The notes under the pieces are model-generated. The model saw only the letters and a list, made by a program, of their open reading frames with translations. It made no database searches and was not told where the DNA came from. Positions 9,600 to 18,701 of a DNA stretch of 64,000 nucleotides are shown in pieces. Within the stretch, counting starts at the first letter, position 1, and the number at the start of each line of letters is the position of its first letter. A program made the position numbers and the translations under genes. Origin of the DNA: an uncultured virus (IMG/VR IMGVR_UViG_3300025803_000010) (lineage: Duplodnaviria; Heunggongvirae; Uroviricota; Caudoviricetes); IMG/VR virus record IMGVR_UViG_3300025803_000010; one strand, written 5' to 3'.

Positions 9600-11075
9600 C
9601 TAATAATATTTATAATCCTTTTCTAATTTCATTGGAGGATCATCCCAATCATCCGAGTATGTTGAAATAAATCCACCTTGTCGATATCTTAACACAGCTT
9701 GTGTCATGCTGTCTACATAGTCATCATACTGTCCGTTAGGAAATGCTGCACATTCCTCAATAACCTCCTGTGCCCAGTGTTCATCGGGAGCAAATACCAT
9801 ACCAGACTCAAAAACAGGTGCTACTGAGTTAATTCTAGTGTGTTTATCTCTACCCCTTGCTGGAACATAATCGATTACGGGTATACCCGCTCTACGCAAT
9901 TCCTGGATTAGGGGTTGACCAGAAGCTTTAGCTTCAACAATTACAGTCTCAGGTTCCCAATAGTGATATTGTTCTAAGGCTAAATTTTTTAAATCAGGAA
10001 AATCATAACGTCCCTTTTGTGCATCTAATAACATAATACATTTTTCATAACCTTCTACAGGTTCAAAGATTCCCCAAGTTGTAATCGCTGAATAGTCTGC
10101 AGTTTCTTTTTTTGAAAATGCAGTATCATAACTTTGTATGACATGTAATAATTTTGGTAAATGTTCTTTATCCCAGACTTGCCACCAATCTCTTTTAATG
10201 ATTGCACCTTCTTCTGAAGTTGGATCTTGCATGTATTGTGCATTCCAATTTTTTACAGAAATAGATGCTTTGACAGAGTCAAGATCTTCTTTGTTCCAAT
10301 ACTCAGGCCATACTGGTTTATCGTTTGGAAGTATTGCAGGAAACTCAATAACCTTCCACTTGTCCGCTTTCGATTCTTTTTGTGCCTTGATTAATCGTCC
10401 AGTCAAATCGTCTACCGCCCAACGGGTCATGACTACACAAATACGGCCACCGGGTTGTAAACGTTGTCGTGGCCCTGATGTATACCATTCATAAGCACGT
10501 TCCATTGCTGAGTCTGACATAGAGTCTTGCTCAGTGTGTGGGTCATCGATAATAAGTAAATCCGCCCCTCGCCCTGTGATAGAGCCGCCTACCCCCGCTG
10601 CAAAATATTCTCCACCATGATTGGTCTCCCAACGGCCTTTAGCCTTACTATCTTCTCGGAGTGTAACATTTCCGAAAATCATTTTATACTCCTTGGTATT
10701 CATTAAATTACGAACCTTACTACCAAACCTAGATGATAATTCTGCGTTGTGTGAAACTTGCATAATTTTCATCTTAGGAAACTTCCCTATCATCCAAGCA
10801 GGAAATAAGTAAGAAGCAAATTCTGATTTAGTATGTCTAGGAGGCATATTTATAATGAGCCTCTTTTCTTTGTTAGCAGCTATATCCTCAAAAGCATGTG
10901 CAATAATTTGGTGGTGTCCATATTTTTTTGGATTATCTGTTTTTCTATAAATAAAATCTTCCCAAACAGTTTGGGCAAATATTAAAAAATTATCTTGAAC
11001 TAATTTAATCCATTCTAATTGTTTTTTAAAAATTATATTTTTTAATTCTTCATCTGATAATCGATCTATATCCAT
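9600..11075 (-). CDS. terL: Terminase large subunit
   Basis: Walker A-like MPPRHTKS, Walker B LLIIDDP, MTRW coupling motif, nuclease SYDTA and DDYVDS. Confidence 0.95.
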   Translation of the reverse strand: MDIDRLSDEELKNIIFKKQLEWIKLVQDNFLIFAQTVWEDFIYRKTDNPKKYGHHQIIAHAFEDIAANKEKRLIINMPPRHTKSEFASYLFPAWMIGKFPKMKIMQVSHNAELSSRFGSKVRNLMNTKEYKMIFGNVTLREDSKAKGRWETNHGGEYFAAGVGGSITGRGADLLIIDDPHTEQDSMSDSAMERAYEWYTSGPRQRLQPGGRICVVMTRWAVDDLTGRLIKAQKESKADKWKVIEFPAILPNDKPVWPEYWNKEDLDSVKASISVKNWNAQYMQDPTSEEGAIIKRDWWQVWDKEHLPKLLHVIQSYDTAFSKKETADYSAITTWGIFEPVEGYEKCIMLLDAQKGRYDFPDLKNLALEQYHYWEPETVIVEAKASGQPLIQELRRAGIPVIDYVPARGRDKHTRINSVAPVFESGMVFAPDEHWAQEVIEECAAFPNGQYDDYVDSMTQAVLRYRQGGFISTYSDDWDDPPMKLEKDYKYY

Positions 11076-11321
11076 AATTTTATATACCCCCGGGGGCTAG
11101 GGACTCCAAAAAAAACAAAGACCCCCTTTGCAGTAATACATTCATACCGTTTGCATAGCTAGTATATTTATTTATCAAGCTTTATAAACCCCGTCGCCCT
11201 CAAAATCTAGGGGTATAAACGCAATTAAAATACAATATCTTGTGGTTTTCTGTTTAGAAACTCGTGTGAGCCTTCTATACGCTGGTGATTTACAGGTTAT
11301 GGGTGAGGTTATTTGAGGAAG

Positions 11322-11345
11322 GTCGTAGCCCATAAGGGCTACGAC
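11322..11345. terminator. Perfect 10-bp hairpin downstream of the early gene block
   Basis: GTCGTAGCCC-ATAA-GGGCTACGAC, 10 nt after the stop at 11356; no clear U tract. Confidence 0.5.
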
Positions 11346-11355
11346 TACTGCGTGA

Positions 11356-11607
11356 TTACTGTTGTAGTTGCTGTATTAGACTACTGAATTTGTCTAATAT
11401 CTTTTGTTTAAACTCGTCAACTACTTCATTACCTTGATTTTCTAATATGTGTTTCTCTACTTCGCCTTGTAGTAATTGAAACATTATTTCATAGTTGAGT
11501 TGTTTCTTGCCATTGACCTCAATGTGCATATCGGACATTGCAGTCGGTTGATTATCATTAACACGTTCTGCTAATGTTTTAGCAATAGTGATTAAACTAT
11601 TTGTCAT
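11356..11607 (-). CDS. Hypothetical early protein
   Basis: 83 aa, AGGAG SD, overlaps the upstream ORF. Confidence 0.7.
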   Translation of the reverse strand: MTNSLITIAKTLAERVNDNQPTAMSDMHIEVNGKKQLNYEIMFQLLQGEVEKHILENQGNEVVDEFKQKILDKFSSLIQQLQQ

Positions 11608-11923
11608 TGTTCTCTCCTATCGCTTTATATTCACAATACTCCATCTCGGTTGTGAATTGATTGTATAAATCATTATGAGCAATCTTAAAGTTTGCTGTTT
11701 CAAACTTTCGTCTCTTACGATTTATTTTCTGCAAACCAAAGCTATTGCCATTCTCATCTTGAACAATAATTAGGTTTTGTTTTGTTCTATCAAAGCAATC
11801 AACTATGTTTTGTTTCATAGTGTCTAACTCTTTAGCAAGTCTGTTAGACTTTAGCTTTAATTGAACGTATGCAAGAATTACTTTTTTTTCATCTTGCTTT
11901 AGTTTTCTTATCGCATTTGTCAT
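11597..11923 (-). CDS. Hypothetical early protein
   Basis: 108 aa, AAGGAG SD, promoter-like element upstream. Confidence 0.75.
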   Translation of the reverse strand: MTNAIRKLKQDEKKVILAYVQLKLKSNRLAKELDTMKQNIVDCFDRTKQNLIIVQDENGNSFGLQKINRKRRKFETANFKIAHNDLYNQFTTEMEYCEYKAIGENNDK

Positions 11924-12196
11924 TTATTACTCCTTTTTTTAGTTTTGACTTGAACAACTTATCAAATCCCATGAGTAATACAACAATTAAATTGCCTACT
12001 AACATATTTATTTTACTTGCTAATTATAATCATTCTAAAGTGTTTAAATGTCTATCAACTGTTTCTGCAACCTCGTTGGGAAGTACCACCAAGTTCTCGG
12101 TTGTGCCGTCCTCGTATTCAATATTAATACACCACGAGATTATTTTAGGACGAGGCGAGGGCGAGGCTTTAGCCTCGCCAATCATATTAGATAAAT

Positions 12197-12808
12197 CTAA
12201 CATATCTGAAAGCCACCACACTCGTTAAGAAATCTTATAAACCTCTTAACATTATCTTCGCTAAATGGGTAGCTATCGTCCCAAGTTCTAGTCTTGTAAA
12301 GTGCGTCCCACTTCGTTTTAACTTCGGCAGGGTAGTCTATCGGTGCAGTGTCCTTATCCACTCCTGCGTCTGCAACGAGCTTATCCATTTCGTCTTGTAC
12401 TTTCTTATTCCATTGTTCCGACACACGAGCTTTATCTTTATTTTCTTTTTCTCTCTGCAAACATTCGCCACTTGATACTGCTAACTGCAATTCATCACGT
12501 ATCTCTAGTGCCTCTTGTTCACTCCATTCCATACCACTGTTGTCCTGCAATGCGTCTGCGTGTTGTTCAGTGAACCATTCTTTGTTATTTATCTTATCGT
12601 GTATTAACGAGGCGAGTGGTCTCCACCACCACACATTTGCTCGGTAATATATTCCTGCATTTATTTCTTCGTACTTTTCCTTTTGTTCAAAGTAATCCTC
12701 TACCTCTTTCTTTGTTGGTTGAGGTTGTTTATTAGTGAACATATTAGTTGGTCTTTTAGGTTCTTCCCCAATTATCTTTGGGTTCATGCCATACACGTCC
12801 ATTCCCAT
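12197..12808 (-). CDS. Conserved phage hypothetical protein (MGMDVYG / YYRANVWWWRPL)
   Basis: 203 aa, AAGGAG SD, C-terminal FLNECGGFQIC. Confidence 0.75.
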   Translation of the reverse strand: MGMDVYGMNPKIIGEEPKRPTNMFTNKQPQPTKKEVEDYFEQKEKYEEINAGIYYRANVWWWRPLASLIHDKINNKEWFTEQHADALQDNSGMEWSEQEALEIRDELQLAVSSGECLQREKENKDKARVSEQWNKKVQDEMDKLVADAGVDKDTAPIDYPAEVKTKWDALYKTRTWDDSYPFSEDNVKRFIRFLNECGGFQIC

Positions 12809-13074
12809 ATTTTCTCCTTTGTTAAAGTTTTACTTCTCTTATCAAATCCCACTACATAGTGCAACAATTATCTTTTAGAATTATTCTAAAGTAGAAATCC
12901 ACATCTCTTACCACCAGCAGTGCCGTAGCTAGGTTTCTTTCCAGGAGGTCACCCCCCAGCTTCTTAGAGAAACGAGACGACATCAAATGATTCCTGCTAA
13001 CGAGAGAACAGCCAGTCCTGTTACCACCAGCGTCCCTGATGGCCACATCAGTAAAGCAAATACCCACGCACCGA

Positions 13075-13440
13075 CTATGAGCGACACGAGCTCTGCTCCT
13101 GCTGCACCAGCTCCTGGGCAGTCACCTCAAGGGCCCACCAAACTAAATCATTCGTGAGCTGACGTAACGAGCCTGGATCTTTCGAGGTATGACTGAGCAT
13201 GTCTCCAGTGTTCAGGCCGGCATCATCCGCGTGATCCCGTAGCAGCTGCCAGATCTCACCTTCATGTTGATCATGAAAGGCTTCAGTCTCTGAGTAATAC
13301 GTAACACCGGCAACGCCTCCGCTGCAGCCGTGTTTAGCAATGTCTTCTATGAGGCCGATGTCCTGTGCTTGGTATTCTTTTAGACATTCCTTCAGGGATG
13401 GCATCAGCCACCAACTTTTCATTTCTTGTGCTTCGATCAT
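13075..13440 (-). CDS. Conserved phage hypothetical protein (HGCSGG...YYSET motif)
   Basis: 121 aa, AAGGAG SD, TTGACA promoter upstream. Confidence 0.75.
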   Translation of the reverse strand: MIEAQEMKSWWLMPSLKECLKEYQAQDIGLIEDIAKHGCSGGVAGVTYYSETEAFHDQHEGEIWQLLRDHADDAGLNTGDMLSHTSKDPGSLRQLTNDLVWWALEVTAQELVQQEQSSCRS

Positions 13441-13467
13441 TGTGTATCTCCTTTTATGTTTGTGGTA

Positions 13468-13496
13468 TACATAAGACCAGATGGGATAGATGTCAA
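13468..13496 (-). promoter_or_regulatory. Sigma70-like promoter with ATCCCA in the spacer
   Basis: Minus strand TTGACA-tctatcccatctggtct(17)-TATGTA; the -10 is weak. Confidence 0.55.
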
Positions 13497-13744
13497 GCTC
13501 TTATTTTTTTTAATTTCTCTTCTATCTGTAGCAGCAGGTCAGCTGAGTCTGCACGCAGGTTAGCCTCTTTCTTTTCGTAATCAGGTTTGGGTTCTTCGAC
13601 ATTGTCTACGAGCCAATTCGTAATGAATTGTACCAGCGTGGTGAGCTGAAGGTTCTGCTTCTGCAGCCCCCGTAGTCTAGTTTCGTAGGTACGAGCTTTG
13701 TTCTGATCCTGAACGAGACGTATAGCTTCATTTATTTCAGTCAT
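13493..13744 (-). CDS. Hypothetical coiled-coil early protein
   Basis: ATG at 13744 after AAGGAG; MTEINEAIRL... Confidence 0.7.
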   Translation of the reverse strand: MTEINEAIRLVQDQNKARTYETRLRGLQKQNLQLTTLVQFITNWLVDNVEEPKPDYEKKEANLRADSADLLLQIEEKLKKIRA

Positions 13745-13761
13745 TGTTTCTCCTTTTCCCA

Positions 13762-13790
13762 ACAATACGACATCGTGGGATATCTGTCAA
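13762..13790 (-). promoter_or_regulatory. Sigma70-like promoter with ATCCCA in the spacer
   Basis: Minus strand TTGACA-gatatcccacgatgtcg(17)-TATTGT. Confidence 0.7.
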
Positions 13791-13858
13791 GCCTCAAATC
13801 CTGAGCTCTGCCTGACGTCCCCTGCTGGTACTAACTAAATAGGGAAAAAAGAACCAGC

Positions 13859-14074
13859 AACGAGAACGAGAACGAGAGCTTCCTGCTGATCCAGCACGGC
13901 TGGTGCTGCAGGGGGCTCTTTCCGGTGTTCATTGTAAACAAGAAACGAGGAATTGCAACGAGAAACGACACGAGCTTCACGGAGAACGCTGCTGGGCAGG
14001 TGCTAAGAGCTCTGCCTGGATAGCGGGCCATTGTCCTGTAAGCGAGAAACGAGAACGAGGCTTCAGTAAACGAG
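13859..14074 (+). repeat. Dense cluster of (A)ACGAG short repeats
   Basis: ACGAG at 13860, 13866, 13872, 13945, 13958, 13970, 14049, 14055, 14070. Confidence 0.8.
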
Positions 14075-14378
14075 GATCCGTGAAAACGGACACTGGTTCA
14101 TACAGTTTGAGGACTCCCTCCGAGAGGGCCTCAACCAAGATAAATACTTTTCCACCCGCCTTGATATATTTATTGATCCAAACAATTTGCCACTTATTAA
14201 GCTTAGGATAACTGACATAATCTGATTTTAATTCTATCCAAAATACACTGTTGTTAGATACTGCGTGTACATCAGGAATACCATTGATTGTGCTAGATTC
14301 TATGCGAGTAAAAAAGATTTCTGGGCAACCTTTTTTTAGTTTTTGCCACAACAAACTCTCACGATTTTTAGCTGCCAT
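13977..14378 (-). CDS. VRR-NUC / Holliday-junction resolvase-like PD-(D/E)XK nuclease
   Basis: RIES...GIPDV...FWIELK...QIVW...AGG motifs. Confidence 0.85.
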   Translation of the reverse strand: MAAKNRESLLWQKLKKGCPEIFFTRIESSTINGIPDVHAVSNNSVFWIELKSDYVSYPKLNKWQIVWINKYIKAGGKVFILVEALSEGVLKLYEPVSVFTDPRLLKPRSRFSLTGQWPAIQAELLAPAQQRSP

Positions 14379-14379
14379 A

Positions 14380-14898
14380 TCAAGTCAAGACTATGTTAAT
14401 ATTTGTTCTAAATGGCATATCTGTTTGAGTCACAGGTCTATGCTTTACAGTGCCATCAAATAAGATCAAGCTGTTCTCAACTGACTCTACCCGTTCACCA
14501 GCAGGAGAGTATTCTAAATACCCATTACAAGTATTTAATTGATAGATTGCAACGAGATGAGAGTAGTCTTCATCAGTGTGATAATCAAACTTAATTGGTT
14601 CCTTATCTCTGTAATAGTTATTAATCCAAATTCTTTTGTATGTATTAAAATTTAATTTACCCAACAAAGGCATCATAATTTCATGAAAGAATGGTGAATA
14701 GAATCTTTGTGGATGTTCAGTAAATAAATAATGCTGTTGTTTCCAAACCTGACTTGCTTCTATCTTGTCATCATTAACAATTTTATTATCATTACCAAGC
14801 TCAAGGCATTCATTAAACCAAGGGAAGTCTCGGTGGTATACCATTGTACATATACGCTTATGATCTTCTTTGCTTAGAAAGTTTTTATATAACTTCAT
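14380..14898 (-). CDS. 2OG-Fe(II) oxygenase-like protein
   Basis: HTD...H...R-x-N pattern. Confidence 0.7.
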   Translation of the reverse strand: MKLYKNFLSKEDHKRICTMVYHRDFPWFNECLELGNDNKIVNDDKIEASQVWKQQHYLFTEHPQRFYSPFFHEIMMPLLGKLNFNTYKRIWINNYYRDKEPIKFDYHTDEDYSHLVAIYQLNTCNGYLEYSPAGERVESVENSLILFDGTVKHRPVTQTDMPFRTNINIVLT

Positions 14899-15185
14899 AG
14901 TTTAGTTATCTTTACAATAACTGTATTAGGAATGATAGTAGTATTTCCTATAGATTCTATCTCTCCCTTATCATCTGTGGAACAGTCTGCAAACAGTCTA
15001 GTAATACCTTTAGACTGACTAAATAAATGTCCTTTAGAAGTACAAGTAGCTAGTCTAGCTTTTTTGAGATCTTCAATGGTTAACCAACTTGCATCACTCA
15101 CGATGTCCAACCAGTCCACAGCCACCATAGGAAATTTATCTTTCCAATGTTTGGCCCGTTTTTTAATTACTATTTTTTTATTCAT
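14895..15185 (-). CDS. Conserved phage hypothetical protein
   Basis: VDWLDIVSDASW ... IGNTTIIP motif. Confidence 0.7.
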   Translation of the reverse strand: MNKKIVIKKRAKHWKDKFPMVAVDWLDIVSDASWLTIEDLKKARLATCTSKGHLFSQSKGITRLFADCSTDDKGEIESIGNTTIIPNTVIVKITKL

Positions 15186-16629
15186 CTACTACTCTTTCTC
15201 CTTTCCTAACTTGTTGAAGCCATTTATCATGATAAATATACTCCACAGCAAACTGCTGATCTACCTCATGGTTTTTTTCGAAAAATAGCTGTTTTTTGAT
15301 AGCCTCAGGTAAAGCTTCATAGTGTGATTTGACCATATCTTGATCTAACAAACCCATTCCATACATTACGATTGCATAATGTTGATCTCTCCATAATGCA
15401 TAATGGCCATCATCAAAATCATCTTTAGTTAATAATCTGCTTTTAACTATTTCTAGTTTAGCAGCAAGACTATCTGGTATATCCATACTAGCCTTATCTC
15501 TCCAAAACTTAGTGTCTGTTCTTTTAGTTCTGTAGTGTAATATTAAAAAGTCTCTGATGTTCTCAACCAACTTAATAAATTGTTTATTGTATCTATCAAT
15601 AACAACCTGATCATAATTAATTAAATTTGTAGCTAACATAAATGATTGTTGTACTGATGTTGCAATAGAAGAAGCTTCTAATGGTTCAAAAAAACTACCC
15701 GTTAAACCAATAGCAAAACAATTACCTTTCCAGGTCTCTTCTAAATAACCAGCTGTAAATCTTATAGTCCTAATATTATCTTTAGCTGCAAGCTCAACAT
15801 TATTTATTTCTTCCATAGCCTCATCCTCTGACAAATAGTTAGAATCAAATATGTATCCATTACCTTGTTTGTCTTGTAGAGGTACTTTAAATTTCCAACC
15901 TGCTGACAGTGCATGAGCTTCAGTCCATAGATCAGGTACTTCATCCTTATAGGTACGATATGTAATAGCTGTATTTAATGATAACCAAGGATCTACACCA
16001 ATCCACTTAGCATTTAATTTAGACATTAATAATTTTTTAAAACCTGTAGCATCAATCCAGAAATTAGAATGATATATGACTTTACCTTTTACTGAATGTA
16101 TTCCATGCTCTCCTGTATGTACTTCTGTAATCTCATCATCAATAACATTAACACCACGTTCTTCACTTTTCTTTTTTAAGAATGTATTTAATTTAAGATT
16201 ATCAAAATGAAATTGGTTAACTGGTTTTCTAACTTCACCATTTAATTGTTTAGCTAAATGTTCTACAGGGCCAATATGTATACCAGAATAATTATTATAA
16301 AATTTATATAATAATTTAATTTTGGTATTGAAATAATCTTTCATAATAGAATTATCTACTGAATGAATATAATCTTTATGACCCCAATTTTTGTAATAAA
16401 TAGATGTCTTTAATGTAACTCCACATTCTCTAATAATTTCATCTGCTGTAATACCAACAGTTTTAATAAAAGTATCCCAATGAGGTGTACTACCTTCTCC
16501 TACTCCAATAATACCAATCTTATCAGATTTAATTAAATTAATATTTAGATGAGGATATTTTGTTTTTAAAACTAATGCAGCTACATAACCTGCAGTACCA
16601 CCACCAACAATACAAAGATCACTTTTCAT
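15178..16629 (-). CDS. Flavin-dependent halogenase (tryptophan halogenase family)
   Basis: GGGTAG FAD motif, IGVGEGS, conserved Lys (VTLK), IDATGF, GWKFKVP (degenerate WxWxIP), FFEPLEASSI. Confidence 0.88.
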   Translation of the reverse strand: MKSDLCIVGGGTAGYVAALVLKTKYPHLNINLIKSDKIGIIGVGEGSTPHWDTFIKTVGITADEIIRECGVTLKTSIYYKNWGHKDYIHSVDNSIMKDYFNTKIKLLYKFYNNYSGIHIGPVEHLAKQLNGEVRKPVNQFHFDNLKLNTFLKKKSEERGVNVIDDEITEVHTGEHGIHSVKGKVIYHSNFWIDATGFKKLLMSKLNAKWIGVDPWLSLNTAITYRTYKDEVPDLWTEAHALSAGWKFKVPLQDKQGNGYIFDSNYLSEDEAMEEINNVELAAKDNIRTIRFTAGYLEETWKGNCFAIGLTGSFFEPLEASSIATSVQQSFMLATNLINYDQVVIDRYNKQFIKLVENIRDFLILHYRTKRTDTKFWRDKASMDIPDSLAAKLEIVKSRLLTKDDFDDGHYALWRDQHYAIVMYGMGLLDQDMVKSHYEALPEAIKKQLFFEKNHEVDQQFAVEYIYHDKWLQQVRKGERVVDE

Positions 16630-16712
16630 CGACTTTTACATTAATTACGCCTAGTGATGTCATCAAGTGACTGTTGTGTCTTTTATTAAATATTTTAATA
16701 AACTCAGACCAA

Positions 16713-17237
16713 CTAGCCCTGTTCAATCTCTTTTGTGTCTTCAATAACTTCGATGGTTTTTGCATTGTATCCATCGATTTTATTTGAAAGCTCTTTGAGT
16801 TTTTTTTCAAGCTCTTCACGTGACATACCCTCCAGACCAGTTACTTTTACTTCTCTCCTATCTACATACTGACCTGCTAATTGTCCAGATCTGTATTCAG
16901 CGTTAATAGCAGCAGCATATTGTTTATCAGCTTCTGCGTTTAAAGCAATTCGTTCTAATCTTTTATATCGTCTTAGGTTATCACCTTCATACTTCGCACA
17001 TTCTTCCTTATAAATTTTATCTAAATATTTAACAACGTGAGGGTTCAATTTTCTATTTGTTAATCTACTAGCTATAACTGAATAATCATTCGAATTCTTA
17101 CATTCATATCCCGCTTCTTTTAAAGCATCAGCTTTTGTGATATTGCCCCAATTTTTAACATAGATATCCACAAACTTCTTTTGCTTTAGAGTCAAGTCAT
17201 CTTCTGTTCTCAGTTCTTTCTTTTTCAATCCTGGCAT
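16713..17237 (-). CDS. terS: Terminase small subunit
   Basis: LTLKQKKFV...ALKEAGY...ASRL N-terminal HTH; AAAINAE..GQLAGQYVDR. Confidence 0.8.
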   Translation of the reverse strand: MPGLKKKELRTEDDLTLKQKKFVDIYVKNWGNITKADALKEAGYECKNSNDYSVIASRLTNRKLNPHVVKYLDKIYKEECAKYEGDNLRRYKRLERIALNAEADKQYAAAINAEYRSGQLAGQYVDRREVKVTGLEGMSREELEKKLKELSNKIDGYNAKTIEVIEDTKEIEQG

Positions 17238-17325
17238 ATTTTCTACTATATAGATATTTCAGACCTCTGTACACTATTTGAAAAAGTAAAAATTTACTGC
17301 TCCACAAGACACACATAGTCCTAAT

Positions 17326-17428
17326 GTGTCCCTCAGGGACACCACAGGGACACCACAGGGACACCATAGAATCGTCTATAAATGTTGGTATTAGCGAATA
17401 ATAGTCTTCAGGGACACCAGGGACACCA
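17326..17428. repeat. CAGGGACACCA direct-repeat array with an inverted copy (ori/pac candidate)
   Basis: Three exact tandem 11-mers at 17334-17366, two overlapping copies at 17409-17428, palindrome GTGTCCCT-C-AGGGACAC at 17326-17342. Confidence 0.85.
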
Positions 17429-17598
17429 CTTTAGGGTTCCAAGCAAATTATTTTATTGAAAGGGTAGAGATATCTATATAGAGGAATTTCCGGTATCCGT
17501 TGTAACGTACGGTGTTTTACTTGAAGAATCCTACCAAATACAGTACACTGGCCATGTGTCCCAAGTGAGTTTTTAACATTATAGCTCTTACGATCATT

Positions 17599-18027
17599 TT
17601 AGCTTTCTTTTTTATCATTTGGGACATTTATTAAATCAATTTTTTTCTTAATCTCTCTTCTCTCTTCCTTATTATTAGCTGCACGATATTGAACATATCT
17701 AGCTCTATACTCCATCCATAACTTCTCGTTCCTGTTGTATTGAATTTTTTCTTCTTTAATCAATCTCTTAAATACACCCATTACATACTCAGGGTCAAAA
17801 TCTGCGTTCCAACAAATCTCCTTAAACTCATCACTATTTCTTACAAACCAATTAATCGAATCCTGTTTATTATAAGCATCAATTTTAGAATAAGTAAAAG
17901 AAGTACAATCCTCAAAGGCTTGCATAATAATAGCCTGGAAGAGCTTATGCTCAGGCTTACTAGTACATGTCACAGTCGAAGCCATGTCAGTGCCCAAAAT
18001 TTTTAACAAGTTCGGTGAGTAATTCAC
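17599..18027 (-). CDS. Conserved phage hypothetical protein
   Basis: EHKLFQAIIMQAFED...WF...FKEICWNADFDP motif; start uncertain. Confidence 0.7.
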   Translation of the reverse strand: MNYSPNLLKILGTDMASTVTCTSKPEHKLFQAIIMQAFEDCTSFTYSKIDAYNKQDSINWFVRNSDEFKEICWNADFDPEYVMGVFKRLIKEEKIQYNRNEKLWMEYRARYVQYRAANNKEERREIKKKIDLINVPNDKKES

Positions 18028-18241
18028 GATATTGTCTTTGCTCCTTTTTGCTGGAGTCGAAAGTCATTACCTCAGTATAATCGTCAAATATACCCTCGAT
18101 GAATCGCATCCTACTTACACCGTCTAGCATATTTGCAACCTTGTAATGATAGTCTTTAAAATCTATGTAAGTTTCATCATCCATAATGATCGTAACCGCA
18201 GGATGGGAAAAGATATCGATATGGAAGTTTCCTACGGTCAC
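17987..18241 (-). CDS. Hypothetical protein
   Basis: 84 aa ORF filling the gap between co-oriented genes; start uncertain. Confidence 0.5.
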   Translation of the reverse strand: MTVGNFHIDIFSHPAVTIIMDDETYIDFKDYHYKVANMLDGVSRMRFIEGIFDDYTEVMTFDSSKKEQRQYRELLTELVKNFGH

Positions 18242-18492
18242 GCATCATTTTTAACAACCAGTCTTAAGCCTTTCGCCTTAGCTGCAGCTTTACGACCTGA
18301 TCGCCAACACCCCTCGATTTTATCAAGGAATGAAAGATTGAAATTTCCTAAACCAAAATCATTTCCACAATATAATTGAAACATCAAGGAAGTTATCTCG
18401 TCATAAGTTCTCTTATTCGGACATATCATAACCAAACGTTGTAGCGTTTTAGTTAAAGCTTCTTCACTCGACTTTTTCATAGCTTCTGCCAA
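18238..18492 (-). CDS. Hypothetical protein
   Basis: 84 aa, GGAG SD. Confidence 0.65.
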   Translation of the reverse strand: MAEAMKKSSEEALTKTLQRLVMICPNKRTYDEITSLMFQLYCGNDFGLGNFNLSFLDKIEGCWRSGRKAAAKAKGLRLVVKNDA

Positions 18493-18632
18493 CTTTGTTC
18501 TCCATAATTAAATTAAAAGAAAAAATTGTTCGTTGTTATTGTGAAAATAAAGTGTTTTGAAAGCCCCACTTTTTCATTTAGGCTTAGGAATACGTTATTA
18601 ACTATTAAGTGATTTAAATTTTAATTGCAAGT

Positions 18633-18662
18633 AAAAAAAAGGGCCAGTCTCCCGGCCCTTTT
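18633..18662 (-). terminator. Rho-independent terminator
   Basis: Minus strand GGGCCGG-GAGA-CTGGCCC followed by T8. Confidence 0.85.
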
Positions 18663-18701
18663 CCAACCTCAGATTTAAGGTTAACCATCCAATCCGCAGG
18701 T

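Noticed and set aside
13859..14074. CRISPR or diversity-generating retroelement repeats
   Set aside because: Units are 5-6 bp and irregularly spaced; no reverse transcriptase or template/variable repeat pair was seen.
13831..14211. ORFs 13831..14031 (-) and 13903..14211 (+), and similarly 12852..13067
   Set aside because: No SD or recognisable motifs; they are probably open by chance in GC-rich repeat DNA.
17326..17428. CRISPR mini-array
   Set aside because: Repeats are 11 bp and abut without unique spacers; no cas genes.
18493..18632. tRNA or other ncRNA in this intergenic gap
   Set aside because: No cloverleaf or T-loop consensus; adequately explained by a promoter and 5' UTR, although a small structured RNA is not excluded.
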